A DNA stretch of 64,000 nucleotides. It comes from Malacoraja senta. Its lineage: Eukaryota. The first letter of the stretch is position 1, and each line of letters starts with the position of its first letter. A program made the translations under genes and the position numbers. The notes below the pieces were generated by a model that searched no databases, had not been told where the DNA came from, and saw only the letters and a list, made by a program, of their open reading frames with translations. The stretch is from positions 1,738,001 through 1,802,000 of the forward strand of contig CM075997.1 in the NCBI GenBank assembly GCA_038087875.1, read 5' to 3'. Of the stretch, positions 51,551-63,029 are shown piece by piece.

Positions 51551-52937
51551 ATTTACCCTTGTGGAGGATTGAGAAGTTCAGAAAACTGTCTGCCACTTCA
51601 AGTAACTGAAATCTGAAGACAAAAATTACCAGGCATTTAAGTCTAATTAAGAGATCGTTTAGTTACTCCAGCTTTTAAAGAGACACAAAAAGCTGGAGTG
51701 ACTTAACGGGTCAGGCAGCATCTCAGGAGAAAAGGAATAGATGACCTTTCAGGTCCAGACCCTTCTGTCGAGGGAGAGTCAGGAGAGAGAGAGAAAGGAG
51801 AAATCTAGGGTGATATAGAGAGATAAATAACACTTTTTTTTTCACCCAGAGAGTTGTGAATCTGTGGAATTCTCTGCCATAGAAGGCAGTGGTGGCCAAT
51901 TCACTGGATGGATTCAAGAGAGAGTTGGATAGAGCTCTTAGGGCTAACGGAATCAAGGGATATGGGAACACAAAACGTCACCCATTCCTTCTCTTCAGAA
52001 ACGCTACCTGTCCCGCTGAGTTACTCCAGCTTTTTGCATCTATCTTACTTAGATACATAGATACATAGAAAATAGGTGCAGGAGTAGGCCATTCGGCCCT
52101 TCGAGCCTGCACCGCCATTCAATATGATCATGGCTGATCATCCAACTCAGTATCCCGTACCTGCCTTCTCTCCATACCCCCTGATCCCTTTAGCCACAAG
52201 GGCCACATCTAACTCCCTCTTAAATATAGCTGATTTTGGATGGTCGGCCGTGATCACATTGAATGCGCGGTGCTGGCTCGAAGGGCCGAATGGCCTACCC
52301 CTGCACCTATTTTCTATGTTTCTAAAAGCATTTCAATAACAATGAAAAATGTGCAAAAGAATATCGATGATCAAGGAAATGGTCTATTGTTGGTTTGTGG
52401 GCTTGGATGTTAATGAGTTATAGACAATGAAACTCACCTGGACAACAGTGGGACTAGTGCCATGACTAGGGAGGGGCCTAAGCATTTTGTAAATAGCTGG
52501 TTTGCTGGAAATAATCTTTCATAACCAGTTCCAGACAGTGGGAATAATTTATGAGCTTTCCAGCTCCTATTAACATGTATTAATGTGATTAATGCTAATG
52601 AATTACATTGCAATGAAGTGCAATGAGTAATAACTTTCTTTATCCAATCCCAAATTAGACCAATCCTCAGTGATTGCCAACTCTTGCATGAACGGGTTAG
52701 CATATATTCCCAGTAATTATTTGTGGGTTCCATTGTTGTAGCGGTACAGGGCGGGATCTTGTAACCTCGACCCTGTCTTCACCGAGAAGCAGTCTAATCA
52801 GTGAACAAACATCACAGCTTTGTCCGCATAGTATCGATTAACAAGTCCTGAATCTCAGATTTAAAATCAATTATCAACTTGCAGTGATCCATTCCATGGC
52901 ATAGTCAGCAGCTACCTGGTGCTGGATTATATAAGAA

Positions 52938-53530
52938 TTTAGTTTAATTCAGAGGTACAGGGTGGAAACAGGCCCTTCGGCCCATCGTGTCCACTCCGAC
53001 CAGCGATCCCCGTACACCAGCACTATCCGACACACACTAGGGACAGTTTACACGTATACCAAGCCAATTAACCTACAAACTTGTACAAGAAGGAACTGCA
53101 GATGCTGGGAAATCGAAGGTAGACAAAATTGCTGGAGAAACTCAGCGGGTGCGGCAGCATCTATGGAGCGAAGGAAATAGGCAACGTTTCGGGCCGAAAC
53201 CCTTCCGGGTTTCGGCCCGAAACGTTGCCTATTTCCTTCAGGGTTTCGTCCCGAAACGTTGCCTATTTCCTTCAGGGTTTCGTCCCGAAACGTTGCCTAT
53301 TTCCTTCGCTCCATAGATGCTGCCGCACCCGCTGAGTTTCTCCAGCAATTTTGCCCACCGACAAACTTGTACACCTTTGGACTGTGGGAAGAAACCGGAG
53401 CACCCGGACAAAACCCACGCAGGTCACGGGGAGAACATGCAACCTTCATACAGATAGCACCTGTAGTCAGGATTGAACCCGGGTCTCTGGCGCTGTGAGG
53501 CAGCAATTCTACCGCTGTGCCTCCGCGCCA
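52938..53530 (-). mobile_element. V-SINE interrupted by a fold-back element (53088-53360)
   Basis: 13-bp TSD ACAAACTTGTACA at 53075-53087 and 53361-53373. Confidence 0.85.
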
Positions 53531-55773
53531 CTCTAAGTTCCAGTCAACTATTAACAACTTGCCTTTAAACTCCATCCCTCTCACCATAAATCTATGCCCT
53601 CTAGTCTTTGACATTTCCAGGACAATGCTCGAATGTGCTCGAATGACCTGTGTAAATGAGTCCCTCTGTACCCAAGGCTATCTCTCGATAGACACAAAAA
53701 GGCTGGAGCAACTCAGCTGGTCAGGCAGCATCTCTGGAGAAAAGGAATGGGTGACATGTTTGCCCTATTGTTATTTGATACACTTCTATCAAGTCCCCCC
53801 ACAAACTCCGACGCTGCACATAAAACAATCCAAGTTTGTCTAACCTCTATTGAAAAGAGAAAACCTCTAATCTGGATATCATTCTAGTCACTAGAATGCT
53901 GGAACTGCATATGTCGGTTTACAAAAAGTTTACATGGATTGAATAATTTATGGGTGAACCCTTTATGTTATAAATTATTAAGACAAAAATGGTGGACAAA
54001 ATTATTTTAAACATTTCTTTTGTGAATGAATGAATACTTTATTGCCACATGTGACAAGTCACAGTGAAATTCTTTGCATGCAAACACCCAGGGTATGCAA
54101 AGAGTCGCTACTTAAAGGGCACCGATAAAGGTACAAAGTATCCTGCGACAGGTCCTCCTTTGTTCTCCCCCCCCCCCGCCTCCCTCCTCCCTTCCGGTGG
54201 TCTCCCCACTCTGGGTCCTCCATTGTTCTCGCCCCCCCCCTTACAGCGGTCGCCCCCCCCACCACGCCGAGTCCATTTTTTGCTATCGATAAATCTGACT
54301 TAATTGTCAGTACTTCCTGACTTCTGATTGATAGCCGGCGAAAGGTTTTTATTTGCAATGCAATTGATCCCTTAGTTCCTGATGTAATTTGCTCCGCATG
54401 AACTTTGAACGATTCAGAGAGCGCGTCGCTGAAATGCAAATACACTTGAAAAATGTCACCCAAAAATTTAATGCAAGACACATAACGTGACCAGTGTTAC
54501 AGCATATTAGATTAGAAGAAAGTAGACGGCAACAAATGACTTTTCCAAGGGGGTGACTCATAGTCATGGTGAGTTAGCGGATGCTTCAGAAAAGGGAAAC
54601 GTTGCCTATTTCCTTCGCTCCATAGATGCTGCTGCACCCGCTGAGATTCTCCCGCATTTTTGTGTACCTTCGATTTTCCAGCATCTGCAGTTCCTTCTTT
54701 AACATCTTATTGACACGGTTTGGGAACAGCTACATCCAAGACCGCAAGGAGAATTTGCAGAGAATTGGTGGACTTAGCCCTGGCCGTCACGCAACCCGAC
54801 CTCCCTTCCTTGGATCCCTTCTACATTTCATGCTGCCTCAAGGACCAGTCTCACCCTCTTCTCTTCTCACCTCCAGGCCAGAGGTACGGAAGTTTGAAAA
54901 TGCCTATCCCCAGATATGCTGGAGTTGCTGCCTCACAGCACTAGAAACCAGGGTTCGATCCTAACCTCAGGTGCTGCTTTAATGGAGTTTGCACGTTCTC
55001 CCTTTGACTGCGTAGGTTTTCCCCGGGTGCTCCGGTTTCCTCCCACATCCCAAAGACGTGCGGGGTTGTGGGTTAATTACCCCTAGTATGTAGGGAATGG
55101 ATGATATAGAACTAGTGGGAATTCAATATGATCATTCAATATGATCCATAATCAGTACCCCGTTCCTGCTTTCTCCCCATATCCCTTGATCGATGGTTGG
55201 CATGGACTCAGTGGGCTGAAGGGCCTGTTTCCATTCTGTATCTTTCAATCTTTCAATCAACTCAAACTATCTGGACCCTAACCTGTGGTATTCCCTCCTG
55301 AAGCTGTTCTGCCTCTCTATTCCCCTTTAGGTTATCCCGATACGATCTGCAGATGCTGGTTTAAATCGAAGATAGACACAAAATGCTGGAGTAACACAAT
55401 GGGACAGGCAGCATCTCTGGAGAGAAGGAATGGGTGATGGTTTGGGTCGAGACCCTTCTGCAGCAGGTTTTGCTTTTCACCGAAGATAGACACAAATTGC
55501 TAGAGTAACATTTTTATTTAACGGATGAGGGATGTCAGAGATGGTCCAAGTGAATTTGTTTTTCTTTTTTAAACGGAAGGGTCTGAAGAAGGGTCTTGAC
55601 CCGAAATGTCACCCATTCCTTCTCCCTGTTTTGTCATCTGTCCCAATATCTCCTTCTGGGGTTTGGTGGCAAATATTGCAAGAGGCTTGTGACATTTTAC
55701 TTTGTTGAGGCCTGAGGAACTACTGTACATTGTTTAAGCAATTGGCCCAGTGGTGGAAGAGCATTGGGAAAGA

Positions 55774-55970
55774 ACTTCTTCTTCTTTTCGAGTCCATCTT
55801 GTTACAAATGTTGACATGGCTGTCATCGTTCGTCCTGAAAAGGTCGCGGGCTTCCGGCGACAATCAGTGGGAATCATCACCTGTCGCAATAGATGACGGT
55901 GGAAGCAGAATTAGCTCGGGATACTTCCAGTTTCCAGCCCCCGCGACGTGGACGCTTCTGCTATGGGGCC
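55774..55970 (-). mobile_element. Short HDV-like-ribozyme-headed retroelement (family B)
   Basis: 11-bp TSD ATTGGGAAAGA (55763-55773, 55971-55981). 5' end coincides with ribozyme G1. 3' tail GAAAAGAAGAAGAAG. Confidence 0.85.
55904..55970 (-). ncRNA. HDV-like (CPEB3-like) ribozyme
   Basis: P1 GGCCCC/GGGGCT with G.U first pair, P2 AGCAGAA/TTCTGCT, P3 GCG/CGC, L3 TCCACGT, P1.1 CC/GG, J4/2 CTAA. Confidence 0.8.
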
Positions 55971-56324
55971 ATTGGGAAAGACGACAAACTTTTTCACCAA
56001 AGGGGTGAATTTTAACGAGGGGGGAATGAGGAGGATAAGGTGGACAGCTGTGGAGAATTCCTGAAAAATGACACAAAGTGAGTTTGAGTTTGCGTCTGAG
56101 TTTAGTTTATTGTCACGTGTACCGAGGTACGGTGAAAAACTTTTTTGTTGCGTGCTAACCAGTCAGCGGAAAGACATGATTACAATCAAGCCGTCCACAG
56201 TGTACAGATACATGATAAGGGAATAACGTTTAGTGTAAAGTAAAAGGATAAAGGGAATACATGTTGCTGCGAGAGTAGAGATTTAAAAGAGTGGAACGAA
56301 TTTAATGTGTGATTTCAGATCCAT

Positions 56325-56808
56325 GGAAACATAAAAAACAGAGAAAATATGGGCTGGAGTAGGCCATTCGGCCCTTCGAGCCAGCAATTTGATCATTCAA
56401 TATGATTATGGCTGATCATCCATAATCAGTACCCCGTTCCTGCTTTCTCCCCATATCCTTTGATTCCACTAACCCTAAGAGCTAAATCTAACTCTCTCTT
56501 GAGGTCCAAACGATATTTCGTTTGGACCTCAAGGGATCCAAATGACAAATTTGTCCAAAAAGACAAATAAACAAAATTGATTGAAATTGAAATTGAATTG
56601 AATACATCCAGTGAATTGGCCTCCACTGCCTTCTGTGGCAGAGAATTCCATAGGTTCACAACACTCTAGGTTTTTCCTCATCTCAGTCCTAAATGGCCTA
56701 CCTCTTATTCTTAAACTGTGACCCGTGGTTCTGGACTCCCCCAACATGGGGAACATTTATCCTGCATCTCTAGCCTGTCCAATCCCTTAAGAATGTTATA
56801 TGTTTCCA
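56325..56808 (-). mobile_element. CR1 LINE 3' fragment with a short nested insertion (~56500-56600)
   Basis: MFPMLGESRTTGHSLRIRGRPFRTEMRK... Confidence 0.8.
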
Positions 56809-57402
56809 AATGACAAAGAGGCCCATTAAACTTGGCGCGCATGGTTTGTGCGCCATCTTGGAACACAATCTCACAACACAAAGTCCAGTTACTCCAGCAC
56901 TTTGTGTCCTTTTTTTCCATTTCATCGTCTCGTCCACCAGATTGGGTAAGTGTGTGGAAGAATGTAGAAACAAGGAACTGCAGATGCAGGTTTGCCAAGG
57001 AAAGAGGCAAAGTGCTGGAGTAACTCAGCAGGTCAGGCAGCATCCTTGGAGAACGTGGACAGGTGACGTTTTGGATCGGGGCCCTTCTTTAGACTGATTA
57101 TGGATGGGGGTGGGGAGTGGGTAAAAACCTGGGAGGATGGGCAGGTCAAAGCTTGGTAAATATTAGGTGGATACATCTGAATGTTTTCTTCTTGATTTTC
57201 CAGACGGATGGACCAAGGCCAGAGATGAAAAGACAAAAGATGTGAGGTAAGGATAGAAAATGTACGAATTGTGAAGGCAGAGGAAGGGATAAAGGTGGAA
57301 GGGGGGGGGGGGGGGGAAATGGCTGCAAGTCCATGTGGGATTACAAGGAATTTCTGAGCTTAGCATCCAGTTGGCCAAAAGAATGGTTATCAGGGGTGAT
57401 GT

Positions 57403-57545
57403 CGGGGTGGGAGATTGCAACCTTCACGTGGGTCTGCCCTGTTTCGACGAATGCAATCAACCTGGCGTGCACAATCAAATAAGAGCAAATAGAACAAGTT
57501 GTCCTGCAACTTTAGGCTGTGCACGCCATACACAAGAAGAAGAAG
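57403..57545 (+). mobile_element. Short HDV-like-ribozyme-headed retroelement (family A, second copy)
   Basis: TSD AGGGGTGA(T/C)GT (57392-57402, 57546-57556). Homologous to 22279-22416. (GAA)n tail. Confidence 0.8.
57404..57458 (+). ncRNA. Minimal HDV-like ribozyme
   Basis: P1 GGGGTGG/CTGCCCT, P2 GATTGCA/TGCAATC, P3 ACC/GGT, L3 TTCACGTG, short P4 around TTCG, J4/2 CGAA. Confidence 0.75.
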
Positions 57546-57795
57546 AGGGGTGACGTACAGGGAGTGATAGGTTCAGGAGTTCAAGTGGCGCAGCGGTAGA
57601 GTTGCTGCCTCTCAGCGCCAGAGACCCGGGTTCGATCGTGACTATGGGGGCTTGTCTGTCCGGAGTTTGGACGTTCTCCCCGTGACCTGCGTAGGTTTTC
57701 TCCGGGATCTCCGGTTTCCTCCCACAATCCAAAAACGTGCAGGTTTGTCGGTGAATTGGCTTCAGTAAAGATTGTAAATTGTCCCTAGTGTGTGT

Positions 57796-58645
57796 CAAGT
57801 CAAGTCAAGTCACTTTTATTTCTATAGCACATTTAAAAAACAACTCTCGTTGACCAAAGTGCTTTACATTGGTGGAGGTACTAACGTTATACAACAGTGG
57901 TTCATAGATTAAATACAAACATCACTACATACATATAGCCCTCGCTCAGAGGACGTCAAGAAAGGCTTGGGAGTAGAGATGAGTTTTAAGTCTCGACTTA
58001 AAGGAGTCGATGGAGGGGGCAGTTCTGATGGGAAGAGGGATGCTATTCAAATGAGATGCTGATTTGTCCATTCAGGCTAGATGCAGGAAGATTGTTCCCG
58101 ATGTTGGGGAAGTCCAGGACAAGGGGTCACAGCTTAAGGATAAGGGGGAAATCCTTTAAGACCGAGATGAGGAAAAGCTTTTTCACACAGAGAGTGGTGA
58201 ATCTCTGGAACTCTCTGCCACAGAGGGTAGTTGAGGCCAGTTCATTGGCTATATTTAAGAGGGAGTTAGATGTGGCCCTTGTGGCTAAAGGGATCAGGGG
58301 GTATGGAGAGAAGGCAGGTACGGGATACTGAGTTAGATGATCAGCCATGATCATATTGAATGGCGGTGCAGGCTCGAAGGGCCGAATGGCCTACTCCTGC
58401 ACCTATTTTCTATGTATCTATATGTTCCACAGTCTAGGAGCTGCAACTGCAAAGGCGCGGTCGCCCCTGAGCTTATGCCTAGACCGCGGGATGTTCAGTA
58501 ACCCCAAGTCGGCCGATCTGAGGGACCTGGAGGTGGAGTGGTGGGTAAGCAGACGTTTGATGTAGGTGGGGGCAAGCCTGTTAAGGGCTTTGTAGACATA
58601 AAGAAGGATCTTGAAATTGATTCGGAACCGCACAGGGAGCCAGTG
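57796..58645 (-). mobile_element. L2 3' fragment split by a plus-strand CR1 (58073-58422), itself within a V-SINE (57585-58746)
   Basis: FRINFKILLYVYKALNRLAPTYI...APRLWN. The two halves join to match the uninterrupted copy at ~50040. Confidence 0.85.
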
Positions 58646-58902
58646 TGTAGTATCGCACTAGTGTATGACGATCGCTGGTCGGGGCAGGTTCGTTGGGCCG
58701 AGGGGCCTGTTTCCACGCTGTATCACTAAACTAAGCTCAAACTAAACAGTGTAGGATAGAGGGGGGGGGGGGGGGGGAAGGGGAAAATGAGTTTGTGTGG
58801 GGCTAGAAGAAATTTCTGAGTTTAGCATCCAGGAAACCAAAAGAATGGTTGTCAGTGGTGAAGTTCAAGGAGTTCTGAAGTGGCAGAGAGCTGTCTATGT
58901 TC

Positions 58903-59485
58903 TGTGAGACCACACCTGGAGTATTGCCTACAGTTTTGGTCTCCAAATCTGAGGAAGGACATTATAGCCATAGAGGGAGTGCAGAGAAAGTTCACCAGAC
59001 TGATTCCTGGGATGTCAGGACTTTCATATGAAGAAAGACTGGATAGACTTGGCTTATACTCGCTAGAATTTAGGAGATTGAGGGGGGATCTTATAGAAAC
59101 GTACAAAATTCCTATGGGGTTGGACAGGCTAGATGCAGGAAGATTGTTCCCGATGTTGGGGAAGTCCAGGACAAGGGGTCACAGCTTAAGGATAAGGGGG
59201 AAATCCTTTAAGACCGAGATGAGGAAAAACTTTTTCACACAGAGAGTGGTGAATCTCTGGAACTCTCTGCCACAGAGGGTAGTTGAGGCCAGTTCATTGG
59301 CTATATTTAAGAGGGAGTTAGATGTGGCCCTTGTGGCTAAAGGGATCAGGGGGTATGGAGAGAAAGCAGGTACAGGATACTGAGTTGGATGATCAGCCAT
59401 GATCATATTGAATGGCGGTGCAGGCTCGAAGGGCCGAATGGCCTACTCCTGCACCTATTTTCTATGTATCTATGTTTCTATGTTC
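58903..59485 (+). mobile_element. CR1 LINE 3' fragment
   Basis: [19 protein letters not shown]...GYGEKAGTGY, open frame. Confidence 0.9.
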
Positions 59486-59661
59486 TGTACCATTGGAAGA
59501 GATTGTCATAACTCATCACCAGCTTGATGGTAGGTGATGGGAATTCCATTTCAGCTGTAAACATATTCGACAATGTACATAATTCCTCTCCGAGTGGAAC
59601 TTAGAGAGATGTTTCCTGTTGTCTACTCTAGGCTGCGACTTTAATGCATGGCCGAGTTTAG

Positions 59662-60227
59662 TAGGGCATGTGACAATCGACGTGAACTTATATGAAAGTT
59701 TGCTCTCGGGCCTTGACGCTTTCTTCAATTAGAGCAGAACTCGACCTTACTGAGTGAGCTGCGCGGAAGAACAAGGATTCTTGCTGGTGTCTTGGATAAT
59801 ACTGATCCATCGTGGGTTATTATCTAATTGTTGTCTGATTACTGCTTGTGAAAGCTGCTCAGTGCAAATTGCCTCTGGAGTTCGTAGCTGTGATAGAGAC
59901 TGCACTCAGAAATACGCCGCTAGCTGACTAGTTTAGTTTAATATAGAGATACAGCGCGAAACAGGCCCTTCGGCCCACCGAGTCTGCACCGACCAGCGAT
60001 CCCCGCACATTAACACTGCCCTACACACACGAGGGACAATTTTATATTTACACCAAGCCAATTAACCTACAAACCTGTACGTCTTTGGAATTTGGGAGGA
60101 AACCGAAGATTTCGGAGAAAACCCACGCAGGTCACGGGGAGAAGGTACAAACTCCGTACAGACAGCACCCGTAGTCAGGATCGAACCCGGGTCTACTGGC
60201 GCTGTGAGGCAGCAACTCTACCGCTGC
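59662..60227 (-). repeat. Inverted duplicate of 38891-40121 (V-SINE plus flank) lacking the Penelope insertion
   Basis: Flank is nearly identical by eye. Confidence 0.9.
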
Positions 60228-60339
60228 CCGTATATCTTCAATAACACATACCAAAACAGTTAAGGACACAAAGTGCTGGAGTATCTCAGCAGGTCAGGCA
60301 GCATCTCTGGACAACATGGATGGTTCATCAGTTTACATT

Positions 60340-60690
60340 ATAGGAGCAGAATTAGGCCATTCGACCCTTCAAGTCTACTTCACCATTCAAGCATGGCTGA
60401 TCGATCTTTCCCTCTCACCCAATTCTCCTGCCTTCTTCCCATAACCCCTGACACCCGCACTAAACAAGAACCTATCCATCTCCATCTTAAAAATATCCAT
60501 TGACCTGGCCTCCACACTCTTCTGTGGCAAAGAATTCCACAGATTCACCACCCTCTGACTCAAGAAATTCCTCCTCACCTCCTTTCAAAAGGTACCTCCT
60601 TTTATTCTGAGTCTGTGCCCTCTGGTCCTGGACTCTCCCACTAGTGGAAACATCCTCTCCACATCCACTCTATGCCTATTCACTATTCAT
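60340..60690 (-). mobile_element. CR1 LINE 3' fragment (same subfamily as ~9990-10330 and ~13550-13895)
   Basis: MRRNFLSQRVVNLWNSLPQKSVEARSMDIFK. Confidence 0.8.
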
Positions 60691-61471
60691 GACAGGTAAC
60701 ATTTTGGGTTGAGACCCTTATAGACAATAGACAATAGACAATAGGTGCAGGAGTAGGCCATTCGGCCCTTCCAGCCAGCACCGCCATTCAATGTGATCAT
60801 GGCTGATCATCCCCAATCAGTACCCCGTTCATGCCTTCTCCCCATATCCCCTGACTCCGCTATTTTTAAGAGCCCTATCTAGCTCTCTCTTGAAAGCATC
60901 CAGAGAACCTGCCTCCACCGCCATCTGACCCTTCTTCAGACCCGCCGAGAAACGTCACCTATCCACGTCCTCCAGAGATGCTGCCTGACCCACTGAGTTA
61001 CTCCAGCACTCTGTGTCCTTTTTTTGTGGTATTAACCAGCATCTGCAGTTCCTTGTTTCTGGTAACCAGAACAGATGATGTGTGCCAGTGTCAAGTCAAG
61101 TCAAGTCTCATTGATTTCTATAGCACATTTGAAAAAACAACTCTCGTTGGCCAAATTTGCTATACATTTGTTATAAGAACAATATAAACAAACAAACTAC
61201 ATACATATATACATGTAGCCCTGGCTCAGAGGATGTCAAGACATCTTGGGAGTATAGATAAGTGTGTGCGTGTATGCAGGTTGGCCCTGCTGAGTTGCTG
61301 ACATAACTTTTAAGAAGTACTCCACAAGACCCTTTGTGTGTGGGGGGGTGGGGGGGTCTTCCCGGAGACCATGGGGACACCCAGCCGCTCTCCCACCGTC
61401 TCAGTCGTTGCATGTCCAAGTGAGATGTTTTTGGGGAAAAACATCTCACTGCAGCCACTGAAGTTTTTTTG

Positions 61472-62027
61472 TTTAAGAAGGAACTGCAGATGCTGGAAAA
61501 TCGATGGTGGACAAAAAATGCTGGAGGAACTCAGCGGGTGCAGCAGCATCTAGGGAGCGAAGGAAATAGGCAACGTTTCGGGACGAAACCCGGAAGGGTT
61601 TCGTCCCGAAACGTTGCCTATTTCCTTCAGGGGTTTGTCCCGAAACGTTGCCTATTTCCTTCAGGGGTTCGTCCCGAAACGTTGCCTATTTCCTTCAGGG
61701 TTTCGTCCCGAAACGTTGCCTATTTCCTTCAGGGGTTTCGTCCCGAAACGTTGCCTATTTCCTTCAGGGTTTCGTCCCGAAACGTTGCCTATTTCCTTCA
61801 GGGGTTTCTTCCCGAAACGTTGCCTATTTCCTTCAGGGTTTCGTCCCGAAACGTTGCCTATTTCCTTCAGGGGGTTCGTCCCGAAACGTTGCCTATTTCC
61901 TTCAGGGGTTTGGTCCCGAAACGTTGCCTATTTCCTTCAGGGGTTTCGTCCCGAAACGTTGCCTATTTCCTTCAGGGGGTTCGTCCCGAAACGTTGCCTA
62001 TTTCCCTCTTCAGATCCATAGATGCTG
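61472..62027. mobile_element. Penelope-derived fold-back element with ~12 x 34-35-bp array
   Basis: GAAACGTTGCCTATTTCCTTCAGGG(G)TTTCGTCCC repeated from ~61600 to 62005. Confidence 0.85.
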
Positions 62028-62139
62028 AGTAACTAAAGTTTTTTCTCCTGGTTATTCATGAACTGACGCAACGTCCTTGTCCTGACCATTCCTCTTTATT
62101 CAGTCCACACACACACACACACACACTGATCACAGTGAG

Positions 62140-62790
62140 TGATGGGGCGGGGGCGCGCCTTGCCCCCCAAAAAATAAGTGGTGTGGGGCGTACGCGCGCT
62201 CCCGCGGCCGGTTTCACCTCGCAGGGGGCGCGCATTAGTTGTTCCCCCCCTTTCCCACAACTCAATGTTAACCCAGCCAATCCTAAAATGCAATATAATG
62301 GCTTGGAGTCTTTTTTTTCCAGGGGGGTGTTTGGGGCGCGCGTGCACGGGGAGGGGAGGCGCGGCGCGCTGGCGGGGGCGAGCGGTGCGCGCTCCCGAGG
62401 CAGCCTGTCACTGTGTGTGTGTGTGTGTGTGTGTGGGGGGGGGTCTGTGGTCAGAGGAGGGGGGTGGGTGGGGGGAGGTCTGCTGGTGAGGCGAGGATTG
62501 CAAAGGGGCAGGGGCGTGGGGGAGAGGGAGGAGGGAGAGGAGGGAGAGAGGGAGCCCAAAGTGGCCGGGCCGGAGGGGGAGTTGGTGCCGCCGCGGGAGC
62601 CCGCCGAGCCGGGGCATGGTGCAGAGCTCCCCGGAGCTGCGGAGCGGCGGAGCGGCGGCCGGGGCTGGGACAGCGCGGCTGGGGCATGGATAGAGCTGGC
62701 GGCGCTGGTGGTCGAGCCGCGAGTGAGAGCGGCAGGACTTCGCTGGGGTGAGTGAGTGAGGGTCGGGATGGCGGCGCTGGGGGGGGGGGA
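62140..62790 (+). promoter_or_regulatory. CpG island; probable promoter and first exon
   Basis: Very high GC and CpG content with no recognised repeat. GC box GGGGCGGGGG ~62144, AGCCAATC 62275-62282, donor GG|GTGAGT at 62747/62748. Confidence 0.6.
62686..62747 (+). CDS. Candidate first coding exon MDRAGGAGGRAASESGRTSL(G), gene unidentified
   Basis: Strong Kozak GGCATGG; frame open to a phase-2 GTGAGT donor. No homology recognised. Confidence 0.3.
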
Positions 62791-62829
62791 CTGGGAGAGG
62801 GTGGGATGGGATGGGATGGGAGGGAGAGA

Positions 62830-63029
62830 NNNNNNNNNNNNNNNNNNNNNNNNNNNNNNNNNNNNNNNNNNNNNNNNNNNNNNNNNNNNNNNNNNNNNNN
62901 NNNNNNNNNNNNNNNNNNNNNNNNNNNNNNNNNNNNNNNNNNNNNNNNNNNNNNNNNNNNNNNNNNNNNNNNNNNNNNNNNNNNNNNNNNNNNNNNNNNN
63001 NNNNNNNNNNNNNNNNNNNNNNNNNNNNN
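62830..63029. other. Assembly gap (200 N)
   Basis: N run. Confidence 1.

Noticed and set aside
55730..56008. 92-aa plus-strand ORF
   Set aside because: It spans the antisense of the ribozyme element and both TSDs, so it is incidental.
61600..62005. CRISPR-like appearance of palindromic 34-bp repeats containing GAAAC
   Set aside because: Units abut with no unique spacers, there are no cas genes, and the unit derives from the Penelope terminal repeat in a vertebrate genome.
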